Source of the DNA: Chara braunii
Taxonomy: Eukaryota > Plantae > Charophyceae
Assembly (NCBI GenBank): GCA_003427395.1
Contig: BFEA01000013.1
Coordinates: 5,292,052 to 5,356,051, forward strand
Length of the DNA stretch: 64,000 nucleotides
Direction of reading: 5' to 3'
The position numbers were made by a program, and so were the translations under genes. The notes under the pieces are model-generated. The model made no database searches and was not told where the DNA came from. It saw only the letters and a program-made list of their open reading frames with translations. Below are positions 48,601 through 61,206 of the stretch, piece after piece (within the stretch, counting starts at the first letter, position 1; the number at the start of each line of letters is the position of its first letter).

Positions 48601-51509
48601 GGTCGGGCACGTTCAGGCAGCACTACAACGATCGGGGCCCGGTGCTTGGCCTGTGGTACAACCTCCTTTTGTTACACTGGTGACTGGGGTATCCCTATTT
48701 GTAGTCCGTCCAACATCGGTACAGGCCGCTTCCCTAGGTATGCCTTTGACGGGCGGGTTCTCAGCAGGTCCTAGTGTGTAGATTCCTGTACAGACAGTGT
48801 ATACCCAACCTCCATTACAGACTGCCGTAACTGGGCACCCTGCTGTCTCGCAACAAGCACAGCGGCAGGGCATACAACCCCAACAGCAGCTAGTGCAGCA
48901 CCCTGCACCCCAGGGTCCAGAACTTGGAGTGGCGCAGGTACTGGGACGAGGCCAGTGGGTTCCAAAGACTGCCATCGCCTCCCCTAAACCCTTCTCAGGG
49001 GATAAGAGGGGCAAAGACCTTGACACGTGGTCGAGGTCAGTGCCAGTCTACGTAAAGTGCAAGTTAACCTTGCCGCACGAGGAACTGCTTGTGGCTGCCT
49101 CCTACTTAGAGGGGAGTGCAACAAGATGGTTAAGCGGGTTAGTACAATTATAGGGATTCGGTCACGACTTCCGCGCTTGGGTAGTCAACAAGAAACTGGA
49201 TGACTTTCTCAAGTTGTGGAAGAAAGGCGGCATGAACCTCAGGAGGCCCAAAAGGCCAGTGATGCGATCCTGACTTTGAGCTCTAGGGTGTTCAAGTCAG
49301 TAAGGGATGCCACAGACGCAGTGGAGCGTCTGATCTCTGTACCTGGAGTGCGCTATGACCCCAAAATCTTACTTACCACTTACCTGAGGTGTCTTCCCAT
49401 GCCACTCAGAAATCAGTTGGCGGGTGAGGCAAACATCAATATGCACAACTTTCCCTTTTTTAGCAAGAAGGCCCTAGACCTAGAAGCAAAGATAGGGCAT
49501 GGACACCAACCCACGACGGATGGAAGGAAGAAGGCACTGCCTCCTAATTTGAAGGTGAAGGGTTGCATTATGTTTGTCGACAACGATGGTTCCACCATTA
49601 AGTTAGAGGACGACTACGAGGAGGGAGTAGGTTCAGAGGCGGTGTCGAGCGCGTCGGTCCGGCACCGCACAAGGCAGCGCGGGACTATCCTGACCGCGTC
49701 ACGCAGGAGTTGGTTTTTAAATCCTCGTCGCGAATATGCATGGAGCTTTCGCAAGCTGCTCCGGCCGAGTGCGCCAGCCATACCTCTCGCAAGCCCCTAC
49801 GACAGGATAAGACCTACGCGAGGCACGACTTACCTCTACCTTACGGGAGTTGTCACCTCCCTTCGGTGGGCGTATCCCCGCCGAGCTACCAGTCCACAGT
49901 ACGAAAGCTAATCAGCTGCGATCGCAGAGGTGGACCAGTCGAGGGCGTTTCTCGTTCATTGTAGCAGAGGGGGGTACACGCGGTAATACGCCTCTATCGG
50001 ACCCGCACGCGAACCGACAGCTTGGGGGGCTGAAGTCCCAAGTGCGACTTGTCGTCGGTCGACTAGGACACATCCCACACGCCACGTGCGCACCACTGTA
50101 AAGAACATAAAAATAAAAACACATGCATATATACAAACATATACGAAACGACAGAGGACAAACAACGCGACAACACTCCTAGTCCCTTAGTAGCCATCCC
50201 ATAACTCTCCGATGCGGAAATCGGATAGGTGTCGCGCGCAAGACTTAGTATAGAACCGCGCAGACACAGGGCTAACTTATATCGACTCCCAATGCAAGCG
50301 TACGCAATGATGGCGCTCTATGTAGTACCCATACTCATGCGGCCCTCGTTAATCTCAAGGGTCGCATTCGACACTCAAGTGTCGGCTGACAAGCGCCTTG
50401 AGAGAATAATCTCTAGACGCTGGACAACCGCCGAGCGCGGTTGAGAACCACACCCTCTTCGGCACCCTACGGAGAGTGGGTGGTACACAGGTTCATACTT
50501 GTGGTGGCAATCGTCTCTTATCGCCCTGGAGACCTGCTCCATCATTTAGGGTCTGGAGAGAAGTCAAGGGGGTTGACTTTGACGGCTGTCACAGACTACA
50601 ACGTCCAACTATAGAACTCTGAAAAGCAAAGCATAAAAGGGGATCTCCCTTTTCTCTCAAAAATAGAATCTGTTTAACCCTTACGCACGGTCACAATAGG
50701 CCTTGCGAAAACACTCAAGCCATAAACATATATACAGTTTGTTACAACCCCTCGTTTGTTGTCCTCTTCTCCCTCTCTGCCTACGGTTTACCGAGCAGTT
50801 CTATTTGACGATATATATACATATATGAATAAGGGTTATTAATATAGGACGATCACTTCTCACAGTCACAGTGGGACTCCTCTGAGCCATATATATGTGA
50901 TCAAAGCCAGCCATATCCAAAGTCCGAACCACAAACATACCTGCAATCACATCAAAGATCCAACAAAAGTCCACGCACTACACGGGGTCAACTTCAACCA
51001 TTCTCTGCCCTCGTACCCCTTGCTTTAGCCATACAAACCTCAACCTTAGCGCACCCTCCCAGCAATAAAATACTCAGTATCTTTGTTAAATGGCCGTTCA
51101 ATAAAGTCCGGGTAAAAACACAATGAAACAGATTAAACCACAGGGCTAAAGCCTTTGGGTTGAGTGGCAAGAGTGGATTGGAGTTGAATCGTAAATCGAT
51201 GAATCGGCAGCTGACCTGTTATCAGTGATAACAGAAGATGATCCTCGTAGGATCAAGCTGAAACTAGTCCAGATGCTGAATCAATCGAACAAGAAGACCT
51301 GTAACACAAGACAGGTCAATCCCCAAGCTAAATCTATAAGTCTATGGCTAATAATCTCCATATCACAATCTTGCTCAAAATCATTCCATCTAACTAAGTC
51401 TAAGTCTAAGCAAATGCCAACAGAAGGGAAAACCCTGGCAAAATCTCCTCTATACAGAGTGGATCGCCATAATCGCCACCTGTCAAAACATAATCTAACT
51501 CCTTCAAAC

Positions 51510-52040
51510 TAAGGAAATTTCGACAGCGCTTCCCGTAAGAAAAGTGCCTTTTCAGAATTTATATCAGCTCGAATATAAACTCAGAAATAATCTTTGACTT
51601 TCCAGAGTCAAATTTTGTCTAACTCCCTGAACTAGCAAAAATTTGGACAGCACTCCCTTTGGAAAAGGAGACTTTCCAAATTTGTACCAAGTCAGATATG
51701 AACTCAAACATAAAATTTGAGTTCAATTAAGACAAAATTTAATTAACTCCTTAGATTTGTAAAAAATTCGGCAGCGCTTCGCGTAGAGAAAGTGCTATTC
51801 AAGATTTATACAAAGCTAAGTTCAGAATTTGAAGTGACTTCGATTTTTCAAAGTCTAGTTTTGTCTAAGTCCTTGAATTAGCAAAAACTTGGGCAGCACT
51901 CCCTTTAGAAAAGGAGATGTTCCCGATTTTTACTAAGCAAAAAAGTCAGAAAAATTAGACCCTAAAAAAAAGACAAAGTCTGACTAACTCCTTGGTTTTG
52001 TTGAAATTTTGGCACGCTTCCCGTAAAGAAAGTGGCTTAC
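51510..52040. repeat. Degenerate ~120-bp array (aaatt..g(g/a)cagc(g/a)ct.cc..tagaaaag)
   Basis: Five motif copies; reverse complement of the 10570-10945 motif. Confidence 0.75.
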
Positions 52041-52309
52041 CAAGATTTATACAAGGCCAAGTATAACAAAAGATCCCAGAAAAATGCAGAAATTGACCTT
52101 AGTAAAATAAACTTAGCTCAGAAAATGCAGGAACGTGGCGAGTAACTAAAGCAACTACCTACCAAACTGAAACTCAAATTGAGTAGTAGCCTCACTCAGT
52201 CACATGCAGGCCAAACCACAGATGTAATTACTCTCCCCAGCCCAAGTTTATCCGAACAAACAATATTTCAATGATTTAACCCCTTATACCCAGCTTACAT
52301 AAGGCGTAA

Positions 52310-53070
52310 AGTCAGGCCACCCAAACTTATGGGACATACGTGACCCAACCATTAAGTATACACAAAACAGAGGGCACAACAACTTTTCTCTTCTTTGAGC
52401 ATATGACTAAGCCACCCTAATCGCCTTGAACTGTTTAAATATCCAAGTTATATATACCTCTCTGAACTTGATCTTCAAAGTGGTCGTAGGACTGAGCCAT
52501 TCATCTTAGAAACAATGCTCAACCGACCCAAGTTACCTTCGGATCGTGATAGGGCTATAGTCAGGTCACCCTGACTTATGGGACCCTGCCTGACTAGCCT
52601 GTTCATAGATAAGATAGTAATAGAATATAGCCAAGTTGTAACCTTTGCGTTCCAGCACGTGCGAGGTTTTGAGCCAGACCACCTGAACTTACAGAACAGT
52701 TTGGCTCTCTGCCTGGTTTGTTCCTCTCTGATCCAATCTGTGTGGCATTGGGCTAGACCATCTAAACTTATAGAATGGTCTGCCCTCTGTCAAGTTCATT
52801 TTCCCAGAATAATACAGGAAGAGGCTGAGCCACCTAAACTTATAGAATGGCTCAGACCTTCTCGTTCAGAACCAAATAAACAGAGGAAAAAAAAGGCAAC
52901 CAAAGCACCTGAACTTACAGAATGTACTTGGTCCCTGAAAAAGTCAATCACAATTGGCCCTCGCAAGTCAGAGCAACCAGATCACCTAAACTTATAGAAC
53001 GGCCTGATTCTCAAAGCAATTCAAAAATAAACATAACACTGGGCCTTCCCAAACTTATGAAACTGGTCAC
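52310..53070. repeat. Dispersed repeats of ccacct(a/g)aactta(t/c)agaa
   Basis: Motif at ~52318, 52568, 52679, 52759, 52830, 52905, 52983 and 53047. Confidence 0.7.
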
Positions 53071-55306
53071 AACCTTTAGTTGACCCAGTCAAACCCATGC
53101 AATAATGCCTTCCTCCCATCCTTCCCTAGATGCAATCCCTTTTTTTTCACAATCTGCTTTCTTGCGATCAACAAAACGGAAACTGAGATTGCACAAGCAT
53201 TCTTTTATTTAATCTGGTTCAAGTCCTGAAAGTCAAACTCAAAGTCAACGATAAGATACATGCAGCATACTCAGTCAAAACACAACGGGTAGTACAGATA
53301 GGGGCTATAACCTGGGTTTATAGAAAGAAAGCAATGGTTACCTTTCAATTCCCTGCCTCTAGAACCTCGCGTAGGTTCCGGTAGAGCTCCCGCAATCGAT
53401 GGGTTGACTCCCCACAGAGTGTTGCTGCGGTCCTACGGATTGCAATCCCGCCTGCCACCGTCCTCTCAGAACAAGATTAGACTTAGACTTAGAAAGACAG
53501 AAGTAGAGGCTTCAGACTCTCGAGATACAGGAGAGGGACAACTCAACTCCCAGGAGAGGGCCTCGATATCTTCCCGCGCCTGAGGGCCCCGCAATGGTGA
53601 CCAAAGATGTGCAGCCGTTGAACAAACCGAAGTCAAATTGTTGGGTATCAACCTTTTGACGACCTCTCAGTCCTCAATAATGACCTTCTCGTGGTCACCT
53701 AGTTCGTCCCCCAAGCCATAGCAACCATGCGCCGCTGTTATGTTGAAACAAAAATGCACCAGCAGTCCGCCGGCGCTGCGTGCTCTGCAATCGTGTAGCT
53801 TGCACCTGTCGCACAACCCAGCAGTATGTAGCAGCTTGCTAACACGCGCGCTTGGCAGCCGTGCTCAGCAGCGTATGGTCACACACTTCGTCACCAGCGA
53901 CTACTCGAACTCTGCAATCAGCAGCATACTCCTGCTCAACCCACTGCCCTGTAGCAATCCGTACTGAGATCAACAACACTAGCGGCACCCTACCCCCAGA
54001 CCCTTGTGGCTGACTCCTCTACTTCAATCATTGGACGGGCAGTGCGCAGGGCAACAGGCAAGTACACAGTCTAGCGGCTTGCCTATAGCCTCTCACTACC
54101 TCGTTTATCAGTCCGAACAATACCTCGGCCACCGTCAGGTCCGCAGTCTCCGTAACTGGCCTGCCGCTCCTACTGCTTCAACGATGTGAGCTGCCCACGC
54201 AAGTCAGGTAAGCTTTCAATCGCTCCTCCATGCTATCCCATACCGCAAGATGAGTAGCGCACTCGCTAGCCAACAATCCCACAATCCCCTCTCCTGTTTG
54301 CTGCGCCCGCACCATAGACTCAGTAGCGCGCTCGCAGAACTATATCTCAACAAAATACGGTATTCATACCCACGTATTACCGCGCCTCAATCAGTGGTGC
54401 GCGCCGCTAGCCTTGGTCAAGTGCAGGAGCGATGCATAATGTCAACAACAGTGCTCTGCCAGCAGCGGCTCACCAACCCCTTGATGATGACGCATAGACG
54501 CCTGCAACAGTCCGTACGCAGTCAAATGACCCAACAGTCAGCGTCCAGCAACCTGTAGCAGCCTGTGCACTGCTGGCCGACAGCAGTCTCACCCGCTGTG
54601 AAGCGTGCCCAGTGGGCACAGGCACCGACTCCCCGCCCCGTCCTCACTTTACTCACCCCTCTGTTCGTCGAGGCGAGCACTGCCCCTACCAGGTGAGTAA
54701 GTATTGTCCGTTCGCGGTCTCACCCTCCGGTTGGCGCCGTAGCTCGACTTCCTGTTCATCCCTCATTGCCAGTTCTCGAGTTAAGTTTACATTCTCTCTC
54801 CGTGCGTGCACGTGTGCTGTCATATCTGCGATATGCCAACTTGTGTCAATTGGCCCCCGAGATCATAACTCTGTGAGGCAGTGGTAATGAGATGAGGAGC
54901 AATAGTTATCAATGGAGCACCTTCCCTCCTTCGCCCCGCTGCGCTTACTTCACGCGTTGCCGCACACACTTCCTTCGACAGTGCTGAGTGAGGCTCGAAT
55001 GAATCTTTCGCTAGAATGCGGATAGATATATTCCGAAATCTCTAAATCATCTTTCGTCCCGGGGCGCAGCCCCTAACGTTGCTCCTGGTCAAGTTACGAA
55101 TCTCCAGACGAAACTAACACCACTATCATGCTCACAACACTCAAAACCCCCCTGTTTTGAGTCTCTCCCCGCCCGTTTTCAACGAGGAACGGTCCAGGTC
55201 GACCTCTTCTACTCGTATCACTTCTCCCCCATCGCCATCTCCACACACTAACGTTCTTCTACTAACTCTTTCTCCTAACTTATCACTCACACTATCGACG
55301 AATATG

Positions 55307-55680
55307 GATTCGCCCGACCTTAAAACCCCCGGTTAGCCTCTTTTACTGCCTCCATCCATGGAGAAACAGCCATGCAGTAGCTCTTTCCGCTGTAGCCATC
55401 TCCCACTCATGGTTGGTAGTATCACACGCAACCCCTATCACGAACCCCGACCTATTTACGACTCAAGTGCGAAGTCTGATGCTGCCATCAGATTCGCCCG
55501 ACCTTAAAACCCCCGGCTAGCCTCTTTGCCTCCATCCATGGAGAAACAGCCATGCAGTAACTCTTTCCGTTGTAGCCATCTCCCACTCGTCATTGGTAGT
55601 ATCACACGCAACCCCTATCACTAACCCCGAGCTATTTACGACTCAAGTGCGAAATCTGATGCTGCCATCAGATTCGCCAT
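55307..55680. repeat. Two-copy ~183-bp tandem duplication
   Basis: gattcgcccgaccttaaaacccccgg...gatgctgccatcagattcgcc occurs twice. Confidence 0.9.
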
Positions 55681-57631
55681 GCCATAAAACCCCAATTTTG
55701 AGCTTTATCTCGCCCGATTCCGTTAGGGAACGGGCGAGTTAGGATCTTCTCCTTTCTGCCATAGTTGCATGCCCCGATAGTTTCGCGCGGCATTTTTCTC
55801 TCCTACCTCCTAACTAACTATCTTATTGCCAAAACTAACAGTGAAATCGACTCCACCCTACTCTAAAACCCCCAAATCGCCTCTTTCCCTGCCCGATTCG
55901 ATGAAGGAACGGGCGGGCTACGGTTTTCTTTCCCTCTCTTCGTCTTCGTTTCTCACCATCTCCGACTTCCTCCGTACCCGGCGCAAAACCCTGCCAGGTT
56001 CATTCATCCTTTCTCGCCCCCCTTTCACTGCTTCTTGCCTCTCCCGTTCTGCATCTTGGGATTCGCTCCTACTCTATCCCTTCTCAGTCGATTCCATCAT
56101 GCTCCATGTGAGTTGGCTACTCCTTTCCTGCATGCATCAGGCGTAGCCCCTCGTCCAGGTTCAGACCATTCTCCTTCCTGCTGCCCGCTCTCCTTTCATG
56201 CTGCCTACTCCGTTGCCTGGCGCTCCGCTCTCTACCTCCGCACTCCCCCTCTCTTCCCTCGTTCGCTGCGCCTCGCTTCCTGTCTACTCCTTCCCGTTAA
56301 CGCAGTGCCTGGCCGTAGCGGTCCGCGACGGCCGGAGTAGTTCGGTCAGACGATATTTCGAAAAATGGTTGACCCCATGACAGCTTAGTGTCGCTGCAAC
56401 CATTCACCCGGTTCACCATGCCTCGTTCTGCATAGGCAGCACCCACCGCTGTGCACCACGCCTCCCCTCGGCAGAGCCCGCTACCTCTTCGAAGCCCCCA
56501 AAGGTCGAGCTCCCATGCTGGTGGCGGACTGTGGCATCGGGGGCGTGCCCCCTGCTGCAGCCCTATAGCCTGGTCCTAGGAGCCATGGACCCCAATGCGA
56601 ATTCGTTGTGGTAGTAGCAAATATTCAACTGAATCCTGAAAACCAAAGTGGGGGAAGGGCTTCGCGCGGCTAATTTCTGCAGCCCGCTGCATACCCTGAT
56701 GCATGGCCCACCCCCTTTTTGCGTCTCACGGGCACGCACACCCGCAAGCCCCTCACGACATATCACGACGGGGTGGTCGACACATCCGCAAAGGGTCCGC
56801 GCCACCCGGATTTTCTCCTTCTCGTGGGCTAATCATCCACCGGCTTGCATGCACGTCAAACTCCTCGGTCCGTGTTTCAAGACGGACAAGGTCGAGGGAA
56901 CTTCGCCGGTATTTCAAGCACGACTGAATCCGCAGGTCAACCAAAAGAGGCGTGCGCTCAAGGTCCTCGACTGCCGTGACGGCCATCCGTGGTCGGTGTT
57001 ATGCCCTACTTACGAAAGGTCAAAACATAAAGTTGAATAATAACGGCGACAAATAAAACTCGAAAAAAATAACCGCTGGCCCTGTCCCGACGCTACCGAT
57101 GGCAAAACCAAGGGGGATGGCCCCGCCAGGCCCTTCGCGCCACTCTGATGTTCCCGCGCCGTCGCCGCTCGACCTCGATCCTTGAATATCCCAGATGAAA
57201 GTCCGACACCGTAACCAAATGCGCTAGGCCCAAGCCTTGGTCTAGTTCTGGCAGACACCGAAAATAAACCCATACCGTGCGATGCGCAGACCTACCGGGA
57301 TGTTTTGAAATTCCACTCTGTTGTCGATGCAGTCCTCCGCACATATGCATAGGTCACCGACAAGCTCCTTAATCAACGAGACATAATCTTTTTAATCCTA
57401 TTTTACTTAGAAATTGAAAATCGGGCCGGCTGCCGACGACGAGTCTCACGATTAGTAATCAAGATAAAAGATCACGCGCGCCTTAAACATGCGCGCCCAC
57501 ACACTCTTTATTCTAGTCAACCTAAGCCGCGCCTCGCGCGGTATACTTAAAACTTTAAACTAAAGCTATTCTCTGTTGCCCTGCAAAAACCAGGGCGGAC
57601 ACCCTTGTAAGGGTATTCGCACCGACAACGG

Positions 57632-60600
57632 GCATCGCAGGGGCTTCAGGGGGTGGAGCAGTCGCTGCCTCAGTCCAAAAAGGTAAGGCGACCAGTAGAC
57701 GCCGCAGAGGCTCCCGGTCTCGGAGTTAAGTAGACCCCAACGCTCGTCCATGGGAGAAATCGGGTCTCACCGAGGACGTGTGGAGAGACCATTACACGCG
57801 GCAGGCTTGTATCCGTTGTGGCCAATATGGCCATAAGTGCCGTAATAAGAAAGTAACGGAAAAGATCCCGCCTACAATGGGGTAGGCGACGAGATCCTTC
57901 GCTTCCCAGGGTAGCCATGTTGCCAACAGCTATGGCACTGCTTCGGGAAACACGTCGGGCCAGTAGGAATGGTAGTTGTTCCTGATAAACTCTTCCCCCG
58001 AATACAACGTACGGTCATTATAGCTGAATTTAGAGTGAAAGATACACCAAATTCAGCTATAATAACCGTACATTGTATTTGGGGGAAGACTGTAGGGTCG
58101 AGGTGGTGGACACACCCTCACCATCTCGAGAGATGGCCCAAGCTACTGACTCCATTGTCGTCCCGCAAACTCATTCGGACCCATCGATCCTCTGCCGATG
58201 AATGTGTCCGAGTCCTTAGACGAGCTAGAGGAGGAGTGCTCTAGATTAGACCCGCTAGCTTCTTGGACGGCCATGGCCAAAGCCTTTAAGGGTGATTTGT
58301 TCGCCAACGAGGTAGTCATCGACAGTCGCAAGGCCGGGGCCTATTATGACACTTGCTCGACGAGGATCTGTATTAGTCGCGCGTGCGTTGAGAGGCTGCG
58401 CTTACAGGGGCAAGTGCAATGCCTGAGTCGACCTATGGAGTCAACCTGTGCCAACAAACAGCGCATGGTAGTCACTGACTACCTTAAAGACATAGAGTGT
58501 CTATTCCCGTACGCGGGAGGGGAACTGTGACATCGAGTCTCGTTCTTGGTTAGCGATGATCTCCCAATGGATATCCTGTTGGGTATGTACTATCTTTCGG
58601 TTGCACAGCCCCAGTTTGATTGGGACCGAAAAGTGGTCACACACATTTTGCCAGGTGGGGGGACCGCCAGATTACGTAAGTTTAAGGCTAGTAGTCTGAT
58701 CGGGTCCGACGAATGCATGTGTGCGGCCGCGTTCTGTAATTATTATGAGCAAAATCCGGAGGAGGGTATGTACTTAGTTTATGTCTCTCCAGCAGGTGAG
58801 CCGGTGAAAATGTTGTCGGAGATAGAGGGAGTGGTCACTAAATACCCGACTCTATTTGAAGAGCCGAAAGGGGTTGTTGAAAGGGAGGTCGTCCACACGA
58901 CAGAGATTATCCAGGGTCTAGTATTTCGAAGGGTAGGATCTATCGGATGTGTCCAATAGAGCTCAATGAGCTTTGCCGACAGCTTAAGGATCTCATAGAG
59001 AAGGGTTGGATCCGGCCTAGTGTCTCCCCTTATGGGTCTCCAGTTTTATTCCTACGGAAGAAGGGGGGAACCTTGAGGATGTGCATTGATTATAGTATAG
59101 GGGCCTCAATGTCATCACTGTCAAGAACAGAGAGCCCCTACCTTGCATCGATGACTTGTTGGACCGAGTGCAAGGGTGCCGGTACTTCAGTAAGATAGAT
59201 TTGATGTCCGGGTATCAAAAGATTGTAATACGGGGCGAGGATCATTACAAAACCGCTTTTCAGACCAGGTACGGTCTGTAGGAGTTTCTGGTGATGCCTT
59301 TCTGCCTTTGCAATGCTCCTGGCACCTTTCAGCACGCCATGAATTGGATCTTTCATGACTACTTGGACAAGTTTGTCATCGTGTACCTGGATGACATATT
59401 TATCTTTAGTAGGATTGTCGAAGAGCACGTTGGTAATTTAGACAGAGTCCTTAGCCTCCTTCGACAACACCAGTTCAAGATCAACGGGGAGAAATGCGAG
59501 TTTCACTGCACCCGGATCTTGTATCTGTGTCATGAGATTTTCGCGGAGGGATTGAAGCCCGATGACGCAAAGGTGGCCAGCATTCGTGACTGGTCGCGTC
59601 CTCAGTCTGTGACTGAGATGAGGTCCTTCTTAGGGATGACCGGCTACTATCGCAATTTTGTCAAGAACTATAGCATAGTGGCCGCCCCTTTGACGGACCT
59701 GACCCGCCTTGACACCCCGTGGGAGTGGACAGACAGGTGTGAGGCTGTCTACAGACATCTGAAGCATGCTTTGACACACCATGAGGTCTTAAAACTTCCA
59801 GATCCTGACAAGCCGTTTATAGTAAGCACGGATTCCAGCCAATATGGCATAGGCGCCGTGGTCGCAGAGCAGGAGGGGTTGAAGTTGAGGCTTGTCGAGT
59901 ACATGTCCAAAACGATGCCCTCTTAGAAGTTGGCGAAGTCCACCTATGAGAAGGAGCTCTATGCGATCTACAAAGCGCTAACCCACTGGAGGCACTACCT
60001 CCTTGCGAGGTTCTTACGACAGGACTGATCATCAGACCCTGAAGTGGATGAGAACCCAACCAATGCTCTCTAATGCGTTGAAAAGATGGATCGAAGTCAT
60101 TGAGTAGTATGACTTCGAACCTTTGTACATGAAAGGAGAGTACAACAAAGTCGCTGATGCGCTATCGTTTAGGCCAGACTTCCTCGGTGCGCTGATCACT
60201 GAGTTTGGGCTTGCGGACGATGTTACTCGTTCTTTGGTGGAAGCCTATCGCGAGGATCCGTTTATTGCTGAGATCATACACAGACTCGAGGCGTAGGACA
60301 AAGTGACTTCTGTCGAGTTTGAGTTGGTCAACGGCCTGCTGTTCCTTGAGAAGGCCGAGAATAAACGCTTATGTGTGCCTAATAGGGAGTCTTTGCGTAG
60401 TTTTATTTTTAGGTGGGTGTCATGATGCCACATGACATTTTGGCTAAAAAAAGACCGCAGCCAACTTGATGCAACAGTTCTGGTGGCCCACAGTGATGAG
60501 AGACGCCAAGTTGTACGTGGAGACTTGTCAGGTATGTCAGAGAGACGAGTCACGTACACAGGCCCCTCTTGGGCTTCTCAAGCCCCTTCCGATATCGGAA

Positions 60601-61206
60601 AGGCCTGGTGAGAGCCTGTCCATGGATTTCATGGACACGATGGTCACCAGCAAGAGTGGAATGAGATATGTCTATGCCATTGTGGATAGGTTTAGCAAGT
60701 ATGCTAGGTTAGTCACAATGCCTGCAACTTCCAAAACTGAGTACGTGATTAAGCTGTTCAAAGAAAATTGGGTCAGAGACTTCGGTTTGCCGAAGTCTAT
60801 AATTAGTGCTCGGGATGTGCGATTTACCAGTGAACAAGGGACACCGCTGCAAATGACCTCCGACAACCACCTAGAGGGAAACGGGCAAGCAGAGCAGCTG
60901 AACCACATTGTTCAACACCTGCTGAGGCTTTACATCAAGCCCAATCAAGTGGACTGGGATGAGAAACTTGCTCTCATCGCCAGTCTGTATTACAACGCCA
61001 TGCAGAGTGCATCCAGTGTGAGCCCCAACAGTTTGCTATTGACTTTCAAACCTAGAATGCCCTTAGATCTTCTACTACCTGAGAATCAGCCTTTTGTTGC
61101 ACCAGGCACCTTGGAGTTTGCATATCGACATGAGCGCCTGATGTAGCAAGCTGTAGAACACATGCACAGGGCACAAGCGGCGATGTCTGAGAACAAGCAC
61201 CACCGT
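57632..61206 (+). pseudogene. gag-pol: Element D gag 3' part and pol, degenerate
   Basis: RT, RNase H and integrase motifs with stops and frameshifts; cut off at ENKHHR by the insertion at 61207. Confidence 0.88.

Larger units (their letters stand above)
49643..57627 (-). mobile_element. Giant non-coding element family, copy 2 (7985 bp), inserted in gag of D
   Basis: Ends tgtcg...cgaca with TSD gcgg/acgg. Removal restores the gag frame (EGVGSEA-G-IAGASGGGAVAASVQKGK). Inverted homology islands shared with 3412-12639. Confidence 0.88.
48020..61206 (+). mobile_element. Ty3/Gypsy retrotransposon D, internal region (degenerate; LTRs not resolved)
   Basis: gag PKPFSGDKRG...AASYLEGSATRW (48797-49642) resumes at 57632 with a CIRCGQYGH knuckle. 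Protease-like YYDTCST (~58340), RT VIVYLDDIFIFS (59291-59926), RNase H and integrase (60466-61146) follow. Confidence 0.85.

Noticed and set aside
51460-51490. Internal TGGCGA-type PBS inside giant copy 2 (minus strand ...tgaca-gg-tggcgatt)
   Set aside because: No clear equivalent in copy 1 and no matching LTR pair, so it does not justify splitting the element.
49643-57627. Classical Ginger or Polinton DNA transposon
   Set aside because: Inverted repeats are only ~5 bp and there is no integrase or polymerase ORF. Ginger is kept only as an analogy for TSD size and target preference.
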